A stretch of DNA of 24,899 bases from an uncultured bacterium. GTDB lineage: Bacteria; Fidelibacterota; UBA2242; JAFGTP01. Position numbers and translations under genes: made by a program. This document shows, one piece after another, positions 8,730 through 15,950 of the stretch (position 1 is the first letter of the stretch; each line of letters begins with the position of its first letter). The stretch lies in assembly GCA_964438745.1 (NCBI GenBank), contig CAYTLS010000001.1, forward strand, positions 1 to 24,899, written 5' to 3'. Under the pieces are notes generated by a model that saw nothing but the letters and a program-made list of their open reading frames with translations, was not told where the DNA came from and made no database searches.

Positions 8730-10463
8730 CTAGTGTCTGGATATTGGCAAATCAATAATAAATTCCGTGCCCACATTTTTTTCACTTTTGACATCCAGTT
8801 TTCCATTATGTTGCATGACAATATGCTTGACAATGGATAATCCCAGACCGGTGCCTCCCATCTTCCGTGATCTGGACTTATCAACGACATAAAAACGCTC
8901 AAAAATCCGCCCCAGATGTTTCGACGGTATACCAATGCCTGTATCTTTAATAATGATTCTTAATTTATTCTTTATTTTGTGGCTGGAAACGTAAATCCCT
9001 CCCTGATCCGTATACTTGGCAGAATTATCAATCAGGTTGATAAACAACTGCTCCAGTTTAAAGCGGTCGCCATCAATTTCTTTCACCTCAGGATCAAGCG
9101 TTACTGCAAAAGTAAGCTTTTTGGATTGGATTTTCATATCGACAACTTTTTCCACATCATCGATTAATTCTTCCAGATTAACCTTTTCAATATCCAGTTT
9201 AGACTTACGGGATTCAAGATTGGACAGTACCAGCAAATCCTTGACAATATAGATCAAGCGATCAGTATGTTTTTCCAGAATTTCAAAGTAATGCTTTTTC
9301 GTTTCGTCTGTCTCTTCATCCTGCAGCGTTTCTACAAAACCTTTTATTGCTGTCAGTGGGGTGCGCAATTCATGGCTCACATTGGAAACAAAATCCTTTT
9401 TTATCTGCTCCAGTTGCTTCATATCTGTAATATTTTTCAAACTCAGGATAATATCCCCTTTTGATTCAACTTTGGCCAGGGACACGATAAAATCTTTGTT
9501 ATTCCATTTGATAGTTTCCATAGCGACGGTTTCGTTTTTCAGGACTTTTTCAATCACGCGCTTAAAATATTTCCCCTTAAATATTTCCGAATAATTTTTC
9601 CCTACCAGGTCTGTTTCAGTGATTCTGACCATTTCAGGATTTGCCAGGATTATGTTTCCCTGGTTGTTTAATACGCAAATTCCTTCTTTAATGGATTCCA
9701 GCAAGCAATTCAGCGTTTCCTTTTCACTTTCAATACGGTTAAAAAGGCTTTGAATTCTCGACGTCATCTCATTGAAACTATCAGCAAAGGTACGCAGATC
9801 GCCGCGACTATTAATATCAACCCGGGTAGAAAGATTGCCATTGGAAACGCTGAGAGCGGCATTTTTTAATTTTGTGATCGGCGTGGAAAAATTTCGACTC
9901 ATAAAAATAGCTACTATCAGGGCAATAAAAAAAACCAAATAACTGGCTCGCAATAGTTTGGTTCTGAGGTCACTGATAATTTCATTAATATTTTCAAGGA
10001 ACATACTCGTTCGGATGACGCCGATAATTTCATTCTCTTTTTTAAGAGGCTGGGCCACATACAACATTTCTTTTTTTAAGGTACTACTGTAACGGAGGGA
10101 AGATCTGACTTCTTTAGTTTGAAAAGCATAATCGATCTCATCACGATAACGATGGTTTTCCATTTTTTCAGGATTGTGTTCAGAATCGCCCAGCACAACC
10201 CCCATTGTATCGACAACCGTGATTCGAATATTAAGTTTATTTCCCTTTTCTTTCACAAACCGGTCCAGATTGCCGTCCTCGAAATGTTGTACCACCTGAT
10301 CCGATAGCGCCAGATTTACTTTTTTTAATTCTGTTTTTAAAATGTTGATATAATTACTCTTGGTGACCCGAAAAGTAGTAAAAAGAGTCAATATCAGCAG
10401 GAGTAGAATTATAAAGAAAAATGCTGAAAATATTTTTAAAAAGAAGCTGGATATTCTGGTCAT
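8730..10463 (-). CDS. phoR: PhoR-like sensor histidine kinase (TM-periplasmic-TM-HAMP-PAS-HisKA-HATPase)
   Basis: FVSNVSHELRTPLTAIKGFVETL, NLIDNSAKY, DTGIGIP, RIFERFYVVDKSRSRKMGGTGLGLSIVKHIV. Co-oriented with an OmpR-family regulator and a porin. Confidence 0.85.
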   Translation of the reverse strand: MTRISSFFLKIFSAFFFIILLLLILTLFTTFRVTKSNYINILKTELKKVNLALSDQVVQHFEDGNLDRFVKEKGNKLNIRITVVDTMGVVLGDSEHNPEKMENHRYRDEIDYAFQTKEVRSSLRYSSTLKKEMLYVAQPLKKENEIIGVIRTSMFLENINEIISDLRTKLLRASYLVFFIALIVAIFMSRNFSTPITKLKNAALSVSNGNLSTRVDINSRGDLRTFADSFNEMTSRIQSLFNRIESEKETLNCLLESIKEGICVLNNQGNIILANPEMVRITETDLVGKNYSEIFKGKYFKRVIEKVLKNETVAMETIKWNNKDFIVSLAKVESKGDIILSLKNITDMKQLEQIKKDFVSNVSHELRTPLTAIKGFVETLQDEETDETKKHYFEILEKHTDRLIYIVKDLLVLSNLESRKSKLDIEKVNLEELIDDVEKVVDMKIQSKKLTFAVTLDPEVKEIDGDRFKLEQLFINLIDNSAKYTDQGGIYVSSHKIKNKLRIIIKDTGIGIPSKHLGRIFERFYVVDKSRSRKMGGTGLGLSIVKHIVMQHNGKLDVKSEKNVGTEFIIDLPISRH

Positions 10464-10476
10464 AAATTATTCCTGT

Positions 10477-11520
10477 TTATTTAAATTTGTAGGCTAATGT
10501 GAGCCTCGTTATTACATCTTTTCCTCTACCGGGCAGATCCTCCAGATCGTAATCATTGTACAAAATATTGGGCATTATGGAAATATCCCGGCGAATGTTA
10601 TATTCGAAGCCACCAATAAAGGATCGCTGGGTATAATTTCTTTCTTCCTCTACTGTATAATGACTATAACGAAACACAAAACTCACTTTGTCAATATAAT
10701 TATAAATGACTGGAACTGAAATCAGATGAATATCACCTTTTTTTTCAGATCGCATCAATTTATTTTCCTGATAAGTGTATTGAATTCCAAATCTAAATTT
10801 ATCGGATCTGTAACCGGTAAATATTTGACCGGTAAATTCATCATCCACTCCCTCTTTGGAAAGGCGGTAGTCCGTATAAAATTGGTAAAAGAAATGGTTA
10901 GCGAATTCCTGACTCAGACTTAGACTGTAAAGTTTATCGACGCGTCCCCAGCGTTCCGAGGCGTTGGACTCTCCGTTTCCAAAGAAAAAATGATAATTCA
11001 GATGGCTGAAAACTTTTTCTTTAGCTGCGATACCAAAATCCCGGCTGCTGCGAATACCAAAATAGTCCGATGCCGTCTTATCCAAATGACGAAACCCCCA
11101 GAATTTTTCAATTTCCTTGAAGGCCGGGCTACCACTGATCCCAAAATAAGCCGAGTGATCAGGGGTGACCTGCCATTTCAAATAGGCATCCTTGACACTG
11201 GGCGTCATTTTGGAGTAACTGTAATCCGTATTACTCATACTGAATCTCACCCGTGTTGAAAATGCTTCATCAATTTTTTTATCAAAAGTCAGATAAATTC
11301 GGCGAAATTGAAATCCACTGCGCTCATTGGTATACACCTGCCTCAACATTTTTGGTTTGTAATTCGCATGAACATCCTCTTCAGCATCATTGATATAATA
11401 AAAATCGCAGATAGCATTACCTGTAATTTTAATGTGTTCGTTCTCTTCGCCGGCCCATAAATAAGTCAATAATATCCACCCCACAACAACAATTCTTTGA
11501 AACTTCACTTCTTTGTCCAA
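10477..11520 (-). CDS. Outer-membrane beta-barrel porin, probably phosphate-selective (OprO/OprP-like); start may be TTG 11520 or GTG 11508
   Basis: Signal-like N-terminus, alternating aromatic beta-strands, motif FQFRRIYLTF..VKDAYLKW, C-terminal LTLAYKFK. Located between phoB and phoR. Confidence 0.7.
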   Translation of the reverse strand: MDKEVKFQRIVVVGWILLTYLWAGEENEHIKITGNAICDFYYINDAEEDVHANYKPKMLRQVYTNERSGFQFRRIYLTFDKKIDEAFSTRVRFSMSNTDYSYSKMTPSVKDAYLKWQVTPDHSAYFGISGSPAFKEIEKFWGFRHLDKTASDYFGIRSSRDFGIAAKEKVFSHLNYHFFFGNGESNASERWGRVDKLYSLSLSQEFANHFFYQFYTDYRLSKEGVDDEFTGQIFTGYRSDKFRFGIQYTYQENKLMRSEKKGDIHLISVPVIYNYIDKVSFVFRYSHYTVEEERNYTQRSFIGGFEYNIRRDISIMPNILYNDYDLEDLPGRGKDVITRLTLAYKFK

Positions 11521-11551
11521 TCATTTTAAATTAATAACTAAACCCGGCGCA

Positions 11552-11594
11552 ATTATACGAACGGGTAGTTAAAATTAAATTAAAGAATTGTTAA
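11552..11594 (-). promoter_or_regulatory. Pho-box-like array plus -10 element upstream of porin-phoR
   Basis: Minus strand: TTAAC (11594-11590), TTAAT (11583-11579), TTAAC (11572-11568) at an exact 11-bp period, then 10 nt, then a perfect TATAAT (11557-11552). No canonical -35. Confidence 0.75.
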
Positions 11595-11601
11595 GTTTTA
11601 G

Positions 11602-12282
11602 CTAATTTTCAAGAATAAATTTATAACCGACACCTACCACTGTTTTTATATACCCGGCATGACTGCCCATTTTTTTGCGGATCCGGCCAATATGGACATC
11701 AATTGTTCGATCAACCACATAGGTATCTTCCTGCCAGATTCGACTAAGCAGAAAATCCCGCGGAAACACCTTATTGGGATGAGAGGCCAGAAAAGCCAAA
11801 ATTTCAAATTCCTTTCTTGGAAAAAAGAGACTCTCTCCCTGAATTTTTACGGTATAATCGCTTTTATTGATTTCGATATCATAGACTTTGATCTTTTCCT
11901 TTTCCGGTGTTGGCTCTTCGACCCGACGAAAAATTGTTTTCATTCTGGACATCAGGCTTTTCATGCTAAAGGGTTTTTTGATATAATCGTCAGCTCCCAG
12001 TTCCAGCCCCAGTACTTCATCGAATTCTGAATCTTTAGCCGTTAGAAATACGATGGGAACATTGTTATTATTTTTGCGCAGTTCCTTACAAACATCATAA
12101 CCGTCCTTTTCCGGCATCATTACATCCAGCAAAATCATATCGATACTCTCGGTATCAATAATTTTTAAGGCCGCTACACCATCTTCCGCCTCGAGAGCAT
12201 TAAAATTATTCTTTTTCAGATTTAAACTGACTAATTTCCGAATATCTTCTTCGTCATCTACGATTAAAATATTTTTCGTCAT
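11602..12282 (-). CDS. phoB: PhoB/PhoP-like OmpR-family response regulator; start reassigned from 12303 to ATG 12282
   Basis: ILIVDDE, phospho-acceptor LLDVMMP, FLTAK, DDYIKKPF, winged helix (DRTIDVHIGRIRKK..IKTVVGVGYKF). RBS GAAAGGA 5 nt before MTKN. Confidence 0.85.
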   Translation of the reverse strand: MTKNILIVDDEEDIRKLVSLNLKKNNFNALEAEDGVAALKIIDTESIDMILLDVMMPEKDGYDVCKELRKNNNNVPIVFLTAKDSEFDEVLGLELGADDYIKKPFSMKSLMSRMKTIFRRVEEPTPEKEKIKVYDIEINKSDYTVKIQGESLFFPRKEFEILAFLASHPNKVFPRDFLLSRIWQEDTYVVDRTIDVHIGRIRKKMGSHAGYIKTVVGVGYKFILEN

Positions 12283-12353
12283 ATTCATCCTTTCTTGTTT
12301 CATAAATTCATTTTTTTTGCTATACTAAATTAAACTTCAAAGATATGGTTTAG

Positions 12354-12380
12354 GTTAAGTCAATGTAAATATTTTGTTAA
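12354..12380 (-). promoter_or_regulatory. Second Pho-box-like array upstream of phoB
   Basis: Minus strand: TTAAC (12380-12376), TTTAC (12369-12365), TTAAC (12358-12354) at an 11-bp period, same orientation as the first array. Possible -10 TATCTT at 12345-12340. Confidence 0.7.
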
Positions 12381-12400
12381 ATCAATTAAAAGAGGAAGTT

Positions 12401-13354
12401 ATGAAGCCCAAAATTATAGTTAGTAAATGTTTAGGTTTTGAAAATTGTCGCTATAATGGTCAAACAATACCGGATAAATTTGTTGATAAAATGAAAGAAT
12501 TCGCTGAGATAATCACAGTCTGCCCGGAAGTTGAAATTGGCCTGGGAATCCCCAGGCAACCGGTGAGACTCGGGCGCGATGGAGAAGAGATTCGCATGAT
12601 TCAACCGGCGGAAGAAATAGATGTCACTGAAAAAATGGCAGCCTTCACACGGGACTTTCTTTCTTCCCATAATGACATCGATGGCTTCATTATGAAAAAC
12701 CGTTCGCCCTCCTGTGGAATCAATGATGTAAAGATTTATCATAATCTCAGCAAACTTTCTTCTTCAAACCGGGGACAGGGATTTTTTGGCGGCCAATTGG
12801 AAATCTATTTCCCCAGCGCTGCAGTTGAAGATGAAGGCCGGCTGAAAAACCTGCAGATTCGTGAACATTTCCTGACAAAATTATACGTCAACACTCGCTT
12901 TCGGGCGACTAAAAAAGAAAACACTATGAAAGCCCTTGTGGAATTTCACACCCGCCACAAATATCTGTTTCTGGCCTACAACCAGTCTGCCTACCGTACC
13001 GGTGGAAAGATCGTAGCAAACCATGACAAGTTACCAGTCCCGGAAGTATATACGCTCTATGAATCCAATCTTATTCAAATATTGGCAAAAGCTGTCAAGC
13101 CCGCGAACAATATCAATTCTATTCACCATATTTTTGGCGGTTTTTCACAAAATTTATCATCTAATGAAAAAAAGTTTTTTCTCAATACTGTCGAGGAATA
13201 TCGTGATGAACGTGTTCCTCTGACCACTGTCATCCACTTGCTCAAATCCTATGCGATTCGCTTTGACAGCCAGTTCGTAAAAGATCAGATTTTCCTGAAT
13301 CCTTTTCCTGATGATTTGGTGAATTTGAGAGATTCCGGAAAACGGCAAAAATAA
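12401..13354 (+). CDS. DUF523 + DUF1722 protein (YbgA-like; DUF523 is the 2-thiouracil desulfurase TudS-type Fe-S domain); start reassigned to ATG 12401
   Basis: VSKCLGFENCRYNG, CPEVEIGLGIPR, MKNRSPSCG, AVEDEGRL, then DUF1722-like LVEFHTRHKYLFLAYN. RBS AGAGGA before ATG 12401. Confidence 0.9.
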   Translation: MKPKIIVSKCLGFENCRYNGQTIPDKFVDKMKEFAEIITVCPEVEIGLGIPRQPVRLGRDGEEIRMIQPAEEIDVTEKMAAFTRDFLSSHNDIDGFIMKNRSPSCGINDVKIYHNLSKLSSSNRGQGFFGGQLEIYFPSAAVEDEGRLKNLQIREHFLTKLYVNTRFRATKKENTMKALVEFHTRHKYLFLAYNQSAYRTGGKIVANHDKLPVPEVYTLYESNLIQILAKAVKPANNINSIHHIFGGFSQNLSSNEKKFFLNTVEEYRDERVPLTTVIHLLKSYAIRFDSQFVKDQIFLNPFPDDLVNLRDSGKRQK

Positions 13355-13437
13355 GCTCTGCTGTTCCAACCTTATGAAACCGGCCAATACCAGAAGTTAC
13401 TGACAGATAAATATTTTATAGAATTCATTAACAATTT

Positions 13438-13485
13438 AAAAAGCCCTGGGGTGACGCCTGACACCTATCAGGGTTTTGTTTTTTT
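13438..13485. terminator. Bidirectional intrinsic terminator between convergent genes
   Basis: AAAAAGCCCTG-g-GGTG...CACC-tat-CAGGGTTTTgTTTTT, with A/T runs on both sides. Confidence 0.7.
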
Positions 13486-13944
13486 ATACCAATCCGGCAC
13501 CGGTCGTTTGGTCCATTTGGCAAACCTGGATTTATCATAAATATAAAAATTTCGATAGCCCTGAACCGGGTTTTCCCTGACTTTAAATTCGTCAGGCATT
13601 GCTTGGGGGAATTCTGTTAATCCGATATCTCTTATTGGCGGTTCCGGAAGTGTCTTGATAATGCTGGCAGATTTGTGATCCTTAATTTTTTCATAACGAT
13701 ATTTATATTCTTCATTCAGCGCCAGCCCCAATTTCCGTAACCACTTCCAGTTGGATAAGGATAATCCAGCCCAGAGTGTACAGGGATGTTTCCGGTGCGT
13801 TGATTTATAAGGTGCAACTATCCCATTCTCATTGAGGACGGTACAAAGCATTTGCGCATACTCCAATATCATTTTGATGACATGCTGGTCGGCATGGTAT
13901 GCTACACATTTTTCAATATCCTTATCTAAAACAAAAATATTCAT
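13468..13944 (-). CDS. Pyrimidine dimer DNA glycosylase / T4 endonuclease V family protein
   Basis: MNIFVLD..HADQHVIKMILEYAQML (compare T4 DenV LADQHLMAEY), YKSTHRKHPCTLWA, FPQAMPDEFK, YRNFY..KSRFAKWTKR. Confidence 0.85.
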   Translation of the reverse strand: MNIFVLDKDIEKCVAYHADQHVIKMILEYAQMLCTVLNENGIVAPYKSTHRKHPCTLWAGLSLSNWKWLRKLGLALNEEYKYRYEKIKDHKSASIIKTLPEPPIRDIGLTEFPQAMPDEFKVRENPVQGYRNFYIYDKSRFAKWTKRPVPDWYKKTKP

Positions 13945-13993
13945 GAAAAAAGATAATTGTTTATTTTAAATAAAAAAAACAGAAGTTTAATCT

Positions 13994-14008
13994 GCCGATA
14001 CCTTTCCT
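13994..14008. repeat. 15-bp exact intergenic repeat, copy 1 (GCCGATACCTTTCCT)
   Basis: Identical to 17591-17605. On the minus strand it fills most of the spacer of TTGAAG-N17-TAAACT upstream of the glycosylase gene. Confidence 0.7.
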
Positions 14009-14071
14009 TCAAAAACTATTGGGATTAACCTGAATATCAGTCTATGAATTATTAAGATCGATAGCTAATAT

Positions 14072-14101
14072 AAAAAAAGAGCAGCCCATAATGAGCTGCT
14101 C
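14072..14101 (-). terminator. Intrinsic terminator for the 14131-14712 gene
   Basis: Minus strand GAGCAGC-U-CAU-u-AUG-G-GCUGCUC followed by a U-tract; the G-U wobble works only on the minus strand. Confidence 0.85.
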
Positions 14102-14130
14102 CGTGAGTAATCATGTTATTAATTGGTAAG

Positions 14131-14712
14131 TTAGTAAAGTTGAATGACGGCTAACTCATCATTATACCCTGATCCTTCAATTTCTTTTGAAACATCTTTG
14201 ACCTGGTCGTTTAGTTTCATGCCTTCTGCAAACAATGAGGAAGTATTTATTGTAGCATAGACTGTGCTGATAGAGTATGGATGTTCCAGTGTTAATGGTA
14301 GTCTTGCGGCAACAGCAGTTGAAATTCCCTGACGACAAGCATCCGTATTATTGGCAATACTGAAGACACTGTTATTCCGGCAATATTCTGCAACTTCCTT
14401 GACATCGGCACTCTCAGTAACAAGAATTACATCCGGCTTATTGATGGGAAGATCGGTGCTGCATGTGATCTTTATCAGGGTTGCGGCTCCAACTCTTTGG
14501 CCATTGTAAATAACCAGTTCTTCAGCTACATATTGATCACCGATAACATGAACTGTCACTTCATCCCTGGTCTGTAATGTTTCATTCAAAGCAACAAGCG
14601 ACATTGCACCCAATGCAAATCTTTTGTTTGTAAGGCGAAAATCACCTGCAAAAGTCTGTACAGTCAGTGTTAAGACAAGTACTAAAACCAGTGTTAAATT
14701 TAATTTCTTCAT
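14131..14712 (-). CDS. Exported YfiR/HmsC (DUF4154)-like protein, paralog A
   Basis: Signal peptide ending TFA. Pattern VHVIG..VAEEL..RVG..LP..PDVILV..YCRNNSVFSI..G..IN..AEGM resembles DUF4154. RBS GAAAGGGA. Confidence 0.65.
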   Translation of the reverse strand: MKKLNLTLVLVLVLTLTVQTFAGDFRLTNKRFALGAMSLVALNETLQTRDEVTVHVIGDQYVAEELVIYNGQRVGAATLIKITCSTDLPINKPDVILVTESADVKEVAEYCRNNSVFSIANNTDACRQGISTAVAARLPLTLEHPYSISTVYATINTSSLFAEGMKLNDQVKDVSKEIEGSGYNDELAVIQLY

Positions 14713-14754
14713 AACAATTCCCTTTCGTTTATCTTATTAATTTATTTACAGACT

Positions 14755-14785
14755 TGAGACTTACAACCTGATTAAAAGTTGTCAA
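14755..14785 (-). promoter_or_regulatory. Putative ECF promoter for paralog A (TGACAACTTTTA; CAACTT-N15-GTCTCA)
   Basis: The block is conserved upstream of paralog B and resembles the promoter upstream of the ECF sigma gene. Confidence 0.55.
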
Positions 14786-14837
14786 AAAACTTTTATTTTT
14801 TTTAATTTTTTTTCGGTTTAATAAATTGTTTATAAAC

Positions 14838-14868
14838 AAAAAAGCAACCTTATAAAAGATTGCTTTTT
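14838..14868. terminator. Intrinsic terminator between the two paralogs
   Basis: AAAAAGCAA-c-CTT..AAG-a-TTGCTTTTT, with A/T runs on both sides. Confidence 0.75.
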
Positions 14869-14896
14869 AATTTTTATGCCTTCTCTTTTTGAGCCT

Positions 14897-14919
14897 AAAC
14901 AACTGCCAAACTTACCAAA
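14897..14919. repeat. 23-bp exact intergenic repeat, copy 1 (AAACAACTGCCAAACTTACCAAA)
   Basis: Identical to 15865-15887. Confidence 0.95.
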
Positions 14920-14980
14920 TAAAACATATTATTTATACTCATTGGAAAAGGAATCAAATTTTCAAAAATATAATTAAAGA

Positions 14981-15562
14981 CTAATAAAGTTGAACCATTA
15001 CAAGATCTTTTTCAAACTTGTTTTCTTCAACCGGTTTAGCAATATCCATTACCTGGGGATTGAAAACCATACCTTCAGCAAACAAGGCTTCTTTATTAAT
15101 TTTGGCAAAAACAGCGGTCATTGAATATTTATTTTCATTTGGTGCTGTTTTTCGGGTTACGATCGCAGAGGAAAGTCCTTTTTGGCATAACTCAGAAACA
15201 TTGGTCACACTGAAAACTTTATTATCGCGACAATACCGAATAGCTTGTTTACATTTGGCTTCATCACAAACCAAAAGGACATCCGGATTTTCACTCGGCA
15301 GTTCATCACCAGCAGTGATGGAATTCAATTTAATAAATCCAACTCTTTGGTCAAGAAATATTTTCAACTCTTCAGCAACATCGACATTGCCTAATACAAA
15401 AACATCCAGTGATTCTTTTCCCTGAAGTGTTTCATTTAAAGCACATAATGACATAGCCCCAAGTGCAAATCTTTCATTGGTAATTTTAGGGCTAATTGCA
15501 AAGACCTGAGTACTTAAAACCAGTATCAGTGTCATTCCGAACAAAACATTCAATATCTTCAT
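14981..15562 (-). CDS. Exported YfiR/HmsC (DUF4154)-like protein, paralog B
   Basis: 193 aa, aligns without gaps to paralog A (89/193 identical by manual count). Signal peptide ending VFA. Confidence 0.65.
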   Translation of the reverse strand: MKILNVLFGMTLILVLSTQVFAISPKITNERFALGAMSLCALNETLQGKESLDVFVLGNVDVAEELKIFLDQRVGFIKLNSITAGDELPSENPDVLLVCDEAKCKQAIRYCRDNKVFSVTNVSELCQKGLSSAIVTRKTAPNENKYSMTAVFAKINKEALFAEGMVFNPQVMDIAKPVEENKFEKDLVMVQLY

Positions 15563-15599
15563 TTTTAATGCCTTTCCTTTATTTCAATAAATACAGGCT

Positions 15600-15630
15600 T
15601 ACGACTTATCATGATTTGTAAAAGTTGTCA
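15600..15630 (-). promoter_or_regulatory. Putative ECF promoter for paralog B (TGACAACTTTTA; CAACTT-N16-GTCGTA)
   Basis: Shares the 12-mer TGACAACTTTTA and TAAGTC..AAG.CTGTA with the paralog A upstream region. Confidence 0.6.
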
Positions 15631-15864
15631 TCAAAAGTAAATTTTTTATACTTTATTAATCCGCTTATTAAATTGTAAAAAATCATAATTGATGTCACAC
15701 CTTATACTTAACAATAACACAACAGCATTAAAACTTAAAAGGAATAAAAACAGTAATAAGGTAATAAATAAATAGAATGGGGAATCAACGTTCAAATAAA
15801 TAGCCGGAAAGTGGAATTGTTTTTTGATTTTAGATTAATTTTAATTATTTTAATACTGAGTCCC

Positions 15865-15887
15865 AAACAACTGCCAAACTTACCAAA
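15865..15887. repeat. 23-bp exact intergenic repeat, copy 2
   Basis: Identical to 14897-14919; 968 bp apart. Confidence 0.95.
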
Positions 15888-15893
15888 AAGTTG

Positions 15894-15918
15894 AAAGCCT
15901 TCATTTATTGAAGGCTTT
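15894..15918. terminator. Intrinsic terminator downstream of the 15951 gene
   Basis: Perfect 10-bp stem AAAGCCTTCA / TGAAGGCTTT with a 5-nt loop. Confidence 0.8.
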
Positions 15919-15950
15919 GGGATTTTTAGGGGTTAACTTTTGTGTTTTTA

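Noticed and set aside
15646-15795. 49-codon hydrophobic minus-strand ORF (LNVDSPFYLFITLLLFLFLLSF...)
   Set aside because: TTG start with no RBS, and T-rich low-complexity DNA explains the hydrophobicity. It needs Ribo-seq or conservation evidence to reconsider.
14897-15887. The 23-bp repeats as a CRISPR array
   Set aside because: Only two copies 968 bp apart with a whole gene between them, non-palindromic, and no cas genes in the window.
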